In this document: positions 46,932-56,737 of the stretch, piece by piece
Layout of the letters: each line of letters opens with the position of its first letter
Position numbering within the stretch: the stretch's first letter is position 1
Assembly: GCA_044345055.1 (NCBI GenBank)
Contig: JBIJBT010000003.1
Span: 1 to 61,353, forward strand
DNA from: Bdellovibrionota bacterium
Lineage (GTDB): Bacteria; Bdellovibrionota_C; UBA2361; OMIW01
Direction: 5' to 3'
Length of the DNA: 61,353 bases
Notes under the pieces: model-generated
Told to the model about the DNA's origin: nothing
Database searches by the model: none
What the model saw: the letters and a program-made list of their open reading frames with translations, nothing else
Made by a program: the position numbers and the translations under genes

Positions 46932-47660
46932 TTATGTCGATCTTTCCTCTGTCAATCTCTCATACAGTCGTTGAATTGCTCTTGTATGTACCCGTGAAAC
47001 CCACGATTTTGAGGCACCAACGACCTCCTCGGCGGCTTCAACGAAGGAGAGATCTCGAAAATAATACGCCTCAATGATAAGCCGCTCCGTTTCAGGTAGC
47101 TCAGCAACGTATCGCCGTAACAGCTCGGACTCTTCTTGATTACCTAGCGCATCCTCTGGTGAGGGGGATTGATCGGCCGGATCGAGCGCGGAATCGGGGG
47201 TGCCTGAGAGCGATAATTTTTGTACTAGCAAGGCTTTTGAGGCAAAGTCGAGAAGAGCAACTAGCTCTTCATTGTCATCTTGCGGTTTAGGGGTGACGCC
47301 ACCGTATCCGTGGAAGCTCGATTCTTTTAGTGACTCGGCGGACTGAAGCACCTTTGCTAGCCGGTAGCGTCTACGACGTACTCCGGTAGAGTGCCGAATA
47401 CTATCAATCACGGCACCACGAATTCGATAAAAAGCATACGTTCGAAAGGTGGAGTCGCCATTACGATCGAATCGGTCGGCGGCGTCTATTAATCCCAAGT
47501 ATGCCGCTGATCGAAGCTCGTCATGGAGTTCTTCCGGAAGTGCCATCCGTTTCATTAAGATCCGAACAAGCCTCTCGGCGTAAGTTCGATACTCATCGAC
47601 GAGGAGGTTTCGCTCGTCAACGGACCGTTTCCTTGGAGAGTCTCCTACATCTAACTTCAT
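46932..47660 (-). CDS. FliA/WhiG-family (sigma28-like) sigma factor
   Basis: EL.SAAYLGLIDAADRFD...F.TYA.YRIRGAVID.IR; LPETERLII..YY..DLS..E......SKSWVSRVHTRAI. Confidence 0.88.
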   Translation of the reverse strand: MKLDVGDSPRKRSVDERNLLVDEYRTYAERLVRILMKRMALPEELHDELRSAAYLGLIDAADRFDRNGDSTFRTYAFYRIRGAVIDSIRHSTGVRRRRYRLAKVLQSAESLKESSFHGYGGVTPKPQDDNEELVALLDFASKALLVQKLSLSGTPDSALDPADQSPSPEDALGNQEESELLRRYVAELPETERLIIEAYYFRDLSFVEAAEEVVGASKSWVSRVHTRAIQRLYERLTEERST

Positions 47661-47765
47661 CCTTAGTCCTTGTCTCGTTGAGTAGTTCAGGGCTGTTTAA
47701 AATTTTTATCGGTATATCACCGAGCGTCCGGCCAGCTGAGGAGCGGGAACTGAAAGCACGAATTG

Positions 47766-47794
47766 ATTATCGAATCGTTCGAGAAAAAGTTTCC
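47766..47794 (-). promoter_or_regulatory. Sigma28-like promoter GGAAACTTT-N11-TTCGATAAT upstream of the sigma gene
   Basis: Same bipartite motif and spacing as 45428-45456. Confidence 0.65.
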
Positions 47795-48108
47795 TGTTCG
47801 ATTCATTTTTTTATCTGGGGTGGTCAAGGGAGTTGGCCTATTATAATACAAACGCTGGTATATTATAGCCTTGTTTGCGTAATTCCTCAGGTACACTCGT
47901 AAAGTGCTTAAAACAGCGGACAATCTAGAATTTAAGGTCGGCGCGTGAGGAGGGGGAGGTATTTGGAACGGTCCACCCACAGCCCCAAAAGCTAAACTAC
48001 TTATTCCTTGGAGAAGCTGCATCGGGCGGGTTAAGCTTGTTGTGGGGCGTTGGGAGGTTTTTTAACGGTAGAGGGCTTAAGTTTAGGATCGTTAAGAGGT
48101 GGGACAGA

Positions 48109-48492
48109 ATGAATCATCAGACCGAATATCAAGTAGTTATCGCGAGCGAGCCTCTGAGTCGATATAAGTATTTTCTCAATGTTGTTATCGATACCGCTGT
48201 TGTGTGGGTTGCTCGGTCATCGGGAGGGGTTCTTTTAAGCGATGATCTCGATGGTCGTCGAGTGATTCCTGTTTTTGCCCGCGAGATTTTTGCAGATGAG
48301 TGGGCCCGTCAACGTGTTGAAAATACTATAGAATCTGTGCCTCTTGATCTTCTTGTTGAGAAGCAAATGTGTTCGCCCGATGTTTTAGGCGCTTTCATTG
48401 CTGTAATGCCAACGGTTGAGGACTGGGGTTATATTGTTGAAATTCCTCGATTCATTCGTGATGTGCGGATGGAGTTAGATCTGATAACTTAG
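48109..48492 (+). CDS. DUF2750-like protein
   Basis: RY.YF...V.D...VW...G..L......IPV.....FA pattern; ATG 48109 follows GAGGTGG. Confidence 0.65.
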   Translation: MNHQTEYQVVIASEPLSRYKYFLNVVIDTAVVWVARSSGGVLLSDDLDGRRVIPVFAREIFADEWARQRVENTIESVPLDLLVEKQMCSPDVLGAFIAVMPTVEDWGYIVEIPRFIRDVRMELDLIT

Positions 48493-48514
48493 CGGTTCTG
48501 TTGAGGATTGATCT

Positions 48515-49585
48515 GTGCGTTTATCCGTGGGTTTTATCCGGCTTTATAGTATTTTTCGATCCCTAATCGCGCTACCTTCAATGATTAAATCCCGCGTCAA
48601 CTACTCCTCACTTTTCCCCAAAACGGTTCGCCTAGCCCTCGCGCTGCTTTCCATATTTTTGCTTTTGGGAGCTGTATTCAGATGCGAGCTTTGCCTTGCG
48701 CAATCGCGCGGGGAATCTCCTCACGCGACTAAAGAAGCCTCTCGATCAATTTTGGCGACTACCACTCTTGTTACTGAATTGTGCAAGATTGTTGGGGGGA
48801 ATCATGTGATCGTTGATTCCCTCATGAATTCGAACACAAATCCGCACACCTTCCGACTTGATTTTAAGGATGTCAGACGGCTCCGCGACGCAGATATCGT
48901 TGTTTCTGTTGGGCTAGGGTTCGAAGCCCAGATTGCTGAAACTCTCAATTCTCGTTCTCAGTCAAAACCGGTCATATTCCTCGCAAATTCGCTCCCTCCT
49001 TCAGTATCAACAGCGGCGGAGGGGGGAGGCGACGATGGACATTTTTGGGGGGATGTTTCGCTTTGGGCGCGAGCTGCTGAATATCTTGCCGCTGAGCTGG
49101 GCAATCTTGATTATCAGAATCGTCAGGCGTATTTGATGCGAGGCGAAGAGTATCGACGAAAACTGATGGCGTTACATCATGAAATGAGCGAAAAGCTCCG
49201 CGAGGTTAGGTCTAATAGACGGGTTTTAACGACTCCTCATCGGGCGTTTCGCTATTTTGGAGCGGCGTATGGGTGGGAAAATATCGGTTTTTGGGAGAGT
49301 TTTTTGCCGATTGATGGTGATGAAGCTGCGGAAAAAAAACGAGCGCTTGCTGTTTCAGATGAAATGCAAAAGCGTGGTACCTCAATTTTTTTCGGCGAAA
49401 CGACTGCGCCAACAGATTTGATTGACGCTCTAAGCGAGACTGCCAGCGGGCACGGTTTTTCGATTGTCTCGGGAGGTGCCCTTAGTATCGACACTCTCGG
49501 CGAACCCGATTCAGATAACGGAAGCTACGAGAAAATGATGCGGCGGAATCTTGAGACTATATTGAGGGCGGGGAAGCAAGATTAG
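48515..49585 (+). CDS. Mn/Zn/Fe ABC transporter substrate-binding protein (TroA-like)
   Basis: NPHTF, GL.FE, DGHFWGD, TPHRAFRYFG.AYG, SIDTLG metal-ligand motifs. Probable start ATG 48581. Confidence 0.85.
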   Translation: MRLSVGFIRLYSIFRSLIALPSMIKSRVNYSSLFPKTVRLALALLSIFLLLGAVFRCELCLAQSRGESPHATKEASRSILATTTLVTELCKIVGGNHVIVDSLMNSNTNPHTFRLDFKDVRRLRDADIVVSVGLGFEAQIAETLNSRSQSKPVIFLANSLPPSVSTAAEGGGDDGHFWGDVSLWARAAEYLAAELGNLDYQNRQAYLMRGEEYRRKLMALHHEMSEKLREVRSNRRVLTTPHRAFRYFGAAYGWENIGFWESFLPIDGDEAAEKKRALAVSDEMQKRGTSIFFGETTAPTDLIDALSETASGHGFSIVSGGALSIDTLGEPDSDNGSYEKMMRRNLETILRAGKQD

Positions 49586-49747
49586 GTTTTTGGAGCTTTT
49601 CTAAAGAGGCGAAACCTATCGGTGCGGACCCCCGATGATGTTTATATTGCTCATCCTAAACCCTGCCGTTGCGATTACCCCCGATTCTTGAGTACCATCT
49701 GGGTCACACCGCACACACACCCCACCGCAGCGGCCCGGAGTATCCTC

Positions 49748-50869
49748 ATGAACGACGCCCCGACAACATCTCTTAAAGAAACTCCTCTTGCTGATGAGCA
49801 TCGACGTATCGGGGCAAAAATGGTCCCGTTTGCGGGATACGAAATGCCGCTCCAATACTCGGGGATCGTTGCTGAGCATCTTGCAGTGCGGCGTAGCGCC
49901 GGCATATTTGATGTAAGTCATATGGGAGAGCTTCTGGTCTCCGGTCCGGAAGCAGAGCAGCTGCTCAACGGTTTGCTTTGTAACGATGTGACTCGCCTAA
50001 AAGATGGGCGGGCGCAATATAGCGCGATAACGACCGAGCAGGGGGGAGTTGTTGATGATGTGCTGGTGTACCGTTTCAACGAGCACCGCTTCCTCGTGTG
50101 TGTTAATGCGTCGAACCAAGATCGCGATTTTCGTTGGTTCGTTGAGCACAATAGGTGGGACGCAGTTGTTGAGGATATGGGCGAGGCATACGGTCAGCTC
50201 GCTATTCAGGGACCTTTGGCGATAGAAAAACTCGCTACAATCGATGGTCTGGAGAATCTCTCCGCAATCGGGCCGTTCTGCTTTGAAGAGCGGTCGGTTC
50301 TTGGCGCATCGGTTATCGTCGCGCGGACAGGTTACACCGGTGAGGACGGTGTTGAGCTTTTTATTCCAGCGGATCGAACCGTTGATGTATGGCGGGCGAT
50401 AATCGCTATTGAGGGTATCACTCCTTGTGGATTGGGGGCGCGCGATTCGTTGCGGCTCGAGGCTGCGTATCCGTTGCACGGGCACGAATTGGCGGAAAAT
50501 GTCTCGGCGCTTGAGTCGGGGCTTGCGTGGATCGTCAAGGTAGCGGGGCGAGATTTCATTGGCGCGGAGCTGTTTCGTGAAGAGCAGGCGCGGGGAGTTG
50601 CTCGATTGTTGGTTGGATTTCAGATAACCGATGCGGGAATCGCGCGGCAGGGTGACCTTGTTCAGAGTGAATACGGCGAGGTCATAGGAGAGGTCACGAG
50701 CGGCACGAAGACCCCCACACTCGAGCGAGCGATAGGACTAGCCAGAGTTTCGGCGCCGTTTAGTGCGGTGGGGACAAAGGTGGTGATGATTGTGCGGGGT
50801 CGCCCGATTAAGGCCGAAATCGTGAAAATCCCCTTTTATAGCCGACTTACCCGTTCGCGGCCGGCGTAG
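49748..50869 (+). CDS. gcvT: Glycine cleavage system aminomethyltransferase T
   Basis: TPL...H...GAKMVPFAGYEMPLQY, FDVSHMGE, RTGYTGEDG.E, GLGARDSLRLEA. ATG 49748 follows GGAG. Confidence 0.96.
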   Translation: MNDAPTTSLKETPLADEHRRIGAKMVPFAGYEMPLQYSGIVAEHLAVRRSAGIFDVSHMGELLVSGPEAEQLLNGLLCNDVTRLKDGRAQYSAITTEQGGVVDDVLVYRFNEHRFLVCVNASNQDRDFRWFVEHNRWDAVVEDMGEAYGQLAIQGPLAIEKLATIDGLENLSAIGPFCFEERSVLGASVIVARTGYTGEDGVELFIPADRTVDVWRAIIAIEGITPCGLGARDSLRLEAAYPLHGHELAENVSALESGLAWIVKVAGRDFIGAELFREEQARGVARLLVGFQITDAGIARQGDLVQSEYGEVIGEVTSGTKTPTLERAIGLARVSAPFSAVGTKVVMIVRGRPIKAEIVKIPFYSRLTRSRPA

Positions 50870-51036
50870 TGATTATAGTAGGCCCTTAATCGTAGCTCTC
50901 GAATCGTTGGGGATTACGGTTAAAAAAGATGAAGATAAAGTTCTAGCAGGGGTACGCGACAAACCGAGCCATATGGATGGCCCAACGATTTGGTGCAAAC
51001 CCCAAGAGTGACACAACGTAAGGGAGGAATCGGACG

Positions 51037-51417
51037 ATGGAATTTCCTGAGGGGTTAAGGTACACAAAGGATCACGAGTGGGTGCGAGTAACTGAAGAGG
51101 GTGCTGTGGTGGGAATCACCTCTTTCGCTCAGGATGAGCTCGGCGAAATCGTGTATGTAGATCCACCCGCAGTTGGGACAGCTCTCGCGCAGAAGGGTGT
51201 GCTTTGCGTTGTTGAATCAACAAAGGCAGCCTCCGACGTTTACGCGCCGATCTCCGGAAAGGTTATCGAGGTTAATGCTCGGCTTGCGCAGGAGCCTTCT
51301 CTTATTAACTCCGATCCGTATGGGGAGGGGTGGCTCGTGAAGCTCTCTAGCGTCGATGAAGCACAGGTTTCAGCGCTCCTTTCGGCAGCTGATTATCAGG
51401 CTCTTGTGCAGAAATAG
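51037..51417 (+). CDS. gcvH: Glycine cleavage system H protein
   Basis: YTKDHEW, GIT.FAQ.ELG, VESTKAASD (lipoyl Lys), IN.DPYGEGW. Confidence 0.97.
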   Translation: MEFPEGLRYTKDHEWVRVTEEGAVVGITSFAQDELGEIVYVDPPAVGTALAQKGVLCVVESTKAASDVYAPISGKVIEVNARLAQEPSLINSDPYGEGWLVKLSSVDEAQVSALLSAADYQALVQK

Positions 51418-51569
51418 CGCTATTACTCTCGTGCAGAAATTGCACTCCGACGGTGCTGCTTTATTCTTGGCTGCTCTATTTTTGGTGCTGATCAAAAAAG
51501 TGCCGACGAAGATCGTCGACGCGGCGCGCAACTCAATCCTCAACACTCTCTCTTAGTGGTAATTTAGTC

Positions 51570-54422
51570 ATGACCCGACCATTTAGCGAACGACACATCG
51601 GCCCGACCTCCTCCGAAATAGCAACGATGACCGAGCGTCTTGGTGTTGATTCGCTCGATGCTTTGATTGATTCGGTGATCCCCGCCTCAATTCGAGCAAA
51701 AGATCCGCTCGCTCTTCCGAGTGTGTCGGAGCCGCTCTCGGAAGATGGCGCTATTCGGAGGCTTGCAGAGCTTGCTGCGCGTAATGAGCTATTCAAAAGC
51801 TATATCGGTATGGGGTACTACGGTACGATTACCCCACCTGTCATAGCCCGCAATATTCTTGAAAATCCAGGCTGGTACACTCAATATACCCCTTATCAGC
51901 CCGAAATTTCGCAAGGACGGCTCGAGGCGCTGCTCAACTTTCAGACGATGATTACGAGCCTTACCGGATTGCCGATCGCAAATGCGTCGCTCCTCGATGA
52001 GGGGACGGCTGCGGCTGAGGCGATGAGTATTTGTCGAGCGGTTGCCAAGCGGTCAGATGGTGCTGCCACTGCGCGCTTTATCGTAAGCGAAGGGTGCCAC
52101 CCCCAGACAATCGCAGTCGTGATGACTCGTGCAAAGGCGCTTGGCATTGAGGTTGAGGTCGTCAATTGCGAGCGTCATCAATTTTCGAGCGACGATGTCG
52201 GCCTACTGCTTCAGTATCCGACCACATGGGGGAGTGTTGAGGACTATTGCGGCGTGATCGAGCGGGCAAAAGCGGCGGGGGTTCTCGTCGTTATGGCGAC
52301 CGATCTCCTCGCTCTTACCCTGCTAACACCTCCGGGAGAGCTTGGCGCAGATATCGCTGTTGGATCAGCGCAACGGCTCGGCGTGCCCCTCGGCTATGGT
52401 GGACCACACGCTGCCTTTTTTGCGTGTAAAGATGAGCAAAAGCGACTCATGCCCGGGCGATTAGTTGGAGTGACCCGCGATTCGGCTGGGCGACCTGCTC
52501 TTCGACTTTCTCTCCAAACCCGCGAGCAACATATTCGACGGGAAAAAGCGACGAGTAATATCTGCACCGCTCAGGTTCTTCTCGCGATTATGAGCGGTAT
52601 GTACGCCGTGTATCACGGGGCTGAGGGGCTGCGAAATATCGCTCTCTCAGTGCATAATCGGGCGCGACGCTTCGCAGCGGCGTGTCGCGATGCTGGGCTT
52701 TTGCTCGTTGGGGAATCGCTCTTTGATACCGTCACGATTGTTGTTTCGGGACGGCAGCGGGATGGAATAGTTGCGCGGGCCGAGGCTGCTCGTGTCAACC
52801 TGAGGGTTGATCATCCAGAGCGGCTCGCGGTATCTTTCGATGAAACGGTTACCGAGGATGAACTCGCAACTCTTGCGGCGATATTCGGTGTTCCGCGATT
52901 CGATCTTCTTCATACTCCAACCCCCGAAATAGCCGGCGATCTTCCCTCCTCGCTTCATCGACACTCCCAATTTCTTGGCTACTCCGTTTTTGAGCAATAC
53001 CATACCGAGACGGAATTTCTCCGTTATATAAAGCGGCTTGAGGCTCGCGATATGTCGCTCGCTAACAGCATGATTCCGCTTGGCTCGTGTACGATGAAGC
53101 TCAACGCGACGACCGAGATGATCCCTGTAACTTGGCCCGCGTTCTCCGAGATTCATCCATTCGCGCCTCGTAGTCAGGTTCGTGGATACGAAGTGCTCTT
53201 TTCGGAGCTCGAATCCTCTCTCGCGGCGATTACCGGATTTTCCGCCGTTTCGCTTCAACCAAATGCAGGATCTCAGGGCGAATACGCAGGTCTACTTGCG
53301 ATCCGTGGCTATCTCGAGTCTCGTGGCGAAGGGCACCGTACGATCTGTCTTATTCCCCGAAGTGCGCATGGAACCAACCCCGCCTCAGCGGTAATGGTCG
53401 GTTTTACCGTTGTGCCAGTTGAGTGTGATGAGGCGGGCAACATCGCGATAGATGATCTCCGTCGCAAAATATCTGACCATCGCGGAAAGGTTGGCGCAAT
53501 AATGATAACCTACCCCTCGACCCACGGCGTTTTCGAGCGTGGGGTTCAAGAGGTAACTGAGCTGATCCACGAAGAGGGCGGTCAGGTGTATATGGATGGA
53601 GCCAACCTCAACGCGCTCGTTGGGGTCTGCCGTCCAGTCGATCTCGGTATGGATGTGTGCCACATCAATCTTCACAAAACGTTCTGTATTCCGCACGGTG
53701 GCGGAGGCCCCGGAATGGGACCGATAGCGGTACGGCCGCATCTGGCGCCGTTCCTCCCGGGTGACCCATTGAACGCAACAGCAAGCCCCGTTGGTCCCGT
53801 ATCGGCGGCCCCATTTGGTAGCGCTAGTATCCTCCCGATCTCGTGGGCCTACATCGCGATGATGGGAGCAGAGGGTCTCACCCACGCCACCAAGGTCGCC
53901 ATCCTAAACGCAAACTACATTGCGCATCGGTTGCGGAGCGCCTTTCCCGTCGTATTTTCGGGCGAAGGAGGTTTTGTAGCTCACGAGTGCATTATTGATT
54001 TGCGCCCACTTAAAGATCTCGCCGGTATAGAGGTCGATGATGTCGCCAAGCGGTTGATGGATTACGGATTCCACGCCCCGACCGTGAGCTGGCCTGTCCC
54101 AGGCACCATGATGATTGAGCCAACCGAGAGCGAATCGCTAGTAGAGCTCGACCGATTCTGCGACGCGATGCTCTCGATAGCCGAGGAGGTCAGCCAAATA
54201 GCAGCCGGCACCCTAGATCGCGCCAACAACCCACTAAAAAACGCCCCCCATACAGCTCTCGATATCGCCTCCTCCGAGTGGAATCGCCCCTACCCCCGAG
54301 AACAGGGCGCCTTCCCATCAGCCAGGTCCCGCGAATCAAAGTTCTGGCCAGCTGTCGGCCGGGTCGATGCTGCGTACGGGGATAGGAATCTGATATGCTC
54401 GTGTCCGCCGATGGAGGGGTGA
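51570..54422 (+). CDS. gcvP: Glycine dehydrogenase (decarboxylating), single-chain P protein
   Basis: [58 protein letters not shown]. Confidence 0.97.
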   Translation: MTRPFSERHIGPTSSEIATMTERLGVDSLDALIDSVIPASIRAKDPLALPSVSEPLSEDGAIRRLAELAARNELFKSYIGMGYYGTITPPVIARNILENPGWYTQYTPYQPEISQGRLEALLNFQTMITSLTGLPIANASLLDEGTAAAEAMSICRAVAKRSDGAATARFIVSEGCHPQTIAVVMTRAKALGIEVEVVNCERHQFSSDDVGLLLQYPTTWGSVEDYCGVIERAKAAGVLVVMATDLLALTLLTPPGELGADIAVGSAQRLGVPLGYGGPHAAFFACKDEQKRLMPGRLVGVTRDSAGRPALRLSLQTREQHIRREKATSNICTAQVLLAIMSGMYAVYHGAEGLRNIALSVHNRARRFAAACRDAGLLLVGESLFDTVTIVVSGRQRDGIVARAEAARVNLRVDHPERLAVSFDETVTEDELATLAAIFGVPRFDLLHTPTPEIAGDLPSSLHRHSQFLGYSVFEQYHTETEFLRYIKRLEARDMSLANSMIPLGSCTMKLNATTEMIPVTWPAFSEIHPFAPRSQVRGYEVLFSELESSLAAITGFSAVSLQPNAGSQGEYAGLLAIRGYLESRGEGHRTICLIPRSAHGTNPASAVMVGFTVVPVECDEAGNIAIDDLRRKISDHRGKVGAIMITYPSTHGVFERGVQEVTELIHEEGGQVYMDGANLNALVGVCRPVDLGMDVCHINLHKTFCIPHGGGGPGMGPIAVRPHLAPFLPGDPLNATASPVGPVSAAPFGSASILPISWAYIAMMGAEGLTHATKVAILNANYIAHRLRSAFPVVFSGEGGFVAHECIIDLRPLKDLAGIEVDDVAKRLMDYGFHAPTVSWPVPGTMMIEPTESESLVELDRFCDAMLSIAEEVSQIAAGTLDRANNPLKNAPHTALDIASSEWNRPYPREQGAFPSARSRESKFWPAVGRVDAAYGDRNLICSCPPMEG

Positions 54423-54559
54423 GGTTTTTTTTGGGGGGGGGTGGTGGTGGAAAGTTCCGTTTCGCCGCCCTCAGCCATAAGTTACTCGGAGGGTGGGGGT
54501 TGGAATAACCTGTTTAGGGTTAGTCAAAGTTAAGATACCGACAAAGGAGCGTTTGCCGA

Positions 54560-55876
54560 ATGACAGCGAGTGTGGCCGAGGCACCATCAGCAGCAATAAC
54601 GACCTCATCGACGGGCGGACCGGGTACTATCGGGCAGCAAAGCGTTGAGACCAGCCAGCTCTTAGCGGCAATCGAAAGATCTAAAGTTCTTGATTCCGCT
54701 ACCTTTAAGCAACTTGAAAAACTTGTGAGTGAAGGAAAGTTCAATAAGGCCGATCTTGCTGTCTTTGCCAAGCTTGCAAGCAATGCACAGGCGGGCAGGG
54801 GAAGTCCCGCAGCTGAAATGGATAGTCAACAGCTAAAGGAGGCTATCTCGGGCCTTGTGATAAATGCAGCTGATCCAAATCAAATAAATCAGGGGATGCA
54901 CGCCTCCTGTACTGCTGTGGCGATGATGAGAGATCTTGCACGGAACGATACCGCTTCGTTTATACATATGGGACTCCAGTTGTTGGAACGGGGCCATATG
55001 TTGGCGAAAAATAACGAAAAAGTTGAGATAAATACGACCGCTCTAAAGTCATCCCTGGAAGATCCGACTCGAAAATTTGACAAGTGCGATATCTTCGAGC
55101 GCGTATTTGCTGCATCCCTTATAGGTCATGCAGTTGGTCCTGGCGCCAAATATGACCACCAGACGGGAAGCACCACCGGTACGATGGGAGGGGCGTTTAT
55201 AAATGGTCTCGTCGGTCTGACTCCTTCTCAGTACTGCAGGATATCGACCTTATTGAAGGGCGAACAACAAACCGTCGTTAATGGTGATGCGGCGAAGGAG
55301 GTATTGAATAAGGGTCAACAGCTTCCTCTCATAGTTGACATCCGATGGAATCAATCAGGTAAAGACGCTAATCACGCGATCTTGGTGACTAAAATTGAAA
55401 ATGGCCGAGTCTACTACGAAAATCCTCATGGTAGTGCTTCTTTGGATAAGGACGGGCCTCCAGGTCGGCGTTCGGAAGGCGGGAAAGGGCTCGAATCCAT
55501 GCCTGTTGCAGAGTTTATGTCCAGGGTTAATCGGGTAGTGGTGCCGGTTTCAGATAAAGCTCCTGCTCTAACAGCAAACTCGGATGAAGTTTTGCAGGGC
55601 ATTATAGCCAGCACTCGAGACGGCGGTGGAGCTACCGTTCAGATGGATCCTACGGTGCACTTAATCTCGGAAGGAAAAAAGAATGATATTCAAGATCTAA
55701 CAATTAAAGAGCTCTACGATCTAGCCGAGCAGTTTAATGACAAAATACCGCTTGTAATCCAGGAAAGGGAGCGTCGTAAAAGAGTCTCGATACTGCCTGT
55801 CGAACCTGAAGACAATTTAGGACGTGTTGCAAGAATAGAAGAATCCCCCCTGTTCAGGCCTCTTAAAACGACCTAA
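54560..55876 (+). CDS. Hypothetical protein with a papain-like (calpain/C39-like) cysteine-protease signature
   Basis: INQG..ASC (Gln and Cys), HAILVT (His), YYENPHG (Asn, NPWG-like); AAGGAG RBS. Confidence 0.6.
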   Translation: MTASVAEAPSAAITTSSTGGPGTIGQQSVETSQLLAAIERSKVLDSATFKQLEKLVSEGKFNKADLAVFAKLASNAQAGRGSPAAEMDSQQLKEAISGLVINAADPNQINQGMHASCTAVAMMRDLARNDTASFIHMGLQLLERGHMLAKNNEKVEINTTALKSSLEDPTRKFDKCDIFERVFAASLIGHAVGPGAKYDHQTGSTTGTMGGAFINGLVGLTPSQYCRISTLLKGEQQTVVNGDAAKEVLNKGQQLPLIVDIRWNQSGKDANHAILVTKIENGRVYYENPHGSASLDKDGPPGRRSEGGKGLESMPVAEFMSRVNRVVVPVSDKAPALTANSDEVLQGIIASTRDGGGATVQMDPTVHLISEGKKNDIQDLTIKELYDLAEQFNDKIPLVIQERERRKRVSILPVEPEDNLGRVARIEESPLFRPLKTT

Positions 55877-56082
55877 TGCCGCTCAAACTTATGTGCGCCG
55901 TATCCCCGGCGCCCCTCTCCACCTCGCCCGCGCCTCAATGCCCAAATTCCGCGACCACACCGCCCATTTCCAATTCGACGAACGCCTTGCGGCAGAAAAA
56001 TCCCAATACCCGGGTTATGCTTTTATCATCCACTGATAAACCGCTATAGATTAATCTTCTTGTGCGATAACCTTAGCCCCTA

Positions 56083-56721
56083 ATGTCAGAAAATTTTATC
56101 CCAACCCAAACCCGTGCTCTAATCTGCTTTGCCCCGCATCGTCCGCTGCACGATGCGGTGGTTCACCTTCCTCGGCTTACTTCACACGATCTCCTCCTAC
56201 AGGTTCTTGCCTGCGGTGTATGTCGCGCAGATCTTAAAATACATCGTGGCGAACTTGTACCGCCGCAATTGCCGATCGTTCTCGGTCAGCAGATCGTAGG
56301 TCTTGTGCTCGCGGTGGGTCGCGATGTACGCCAAGATCTCCTTAACAGCTGTGTTGGTATTCCGTGGCGCGGTTTGGGGTGTGGGTCATGCCGATTCTGC
56401 GTTAATAAGCTCGCTCAACTCTGCCTCAATCCGCAATCTATCGAGCCTTACCCATTTGGGGGCTTTGCTGATTATACTGTTGTTTATTCTCGTTTTGCGA
56501 TTCCACTTGATCGGAACGCAAACCCCGTCGAGGTTGTGCCGCTGCTCCGTGCCGCCAACCCGAACCCGTCGGCTGGCGAGCTTTTTTTGTCACCTACTCG
56601 TAATCTCGAAAGGGCCGCGGCTATTACGGTGCTGCCATTAGGCCGCGCGGAGGATGCGCTTGAACTAATCGCGCGATCGGATTTCGATGGCTCTGTTATT
56701 CTAGTTCCAGAACTAGAATAA
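56083..56721 (+). CDS. Zinc alcohol-dehydrogenase-like protein lacking the NAD-binding domain (possible pseudogene)
   Basis: ACGVCRADL, LGQQIVG, VGIPW, CGSCRFC......LC, GGFADY are joined directly to the ADH C-terminal ...PL..A..AL......G..+LVP; no GxGxxG. Confidence 0.7.
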   Translation: MSENFIPTQTRALICFAPHRPLHDAVVHLPRLTSHDLLLQVLACGVCRADLKIHRGELVPPQLPIVLGQQIVGLVLAVGRDVRQDLLNSCVGIPWRGLGCGSCRFCVNKLAQLCLNPQSIEPYPFGGFADYTVVYSRFAIPLDRNANPVEVVPLLRAANPNPSAGELFLSPTRNLERAAAITVLPLGRAEDALELIARSDFDGSVILVPELE

Positions 56722-56737
56722 CCAGCTTCGGATTATT

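Noticed and set aside
47501-48022. ORFs 47501-47902 and 47717-48022
   Set aside because: They overlap the sigma gene or its promoter motif and have no protein-like features.
49586-49747. Glycine riboswitch upstream of gcvT
   Set aside because: The conserved GGAGA...CCGAAG...CTCTCAGG elements are not present.
54537-54544. Sigma28-like -10 (ACCGACAA) before the protease-like gene
   Set aside because: No -35 match, and the implied start site would fall downstream of the RBS.
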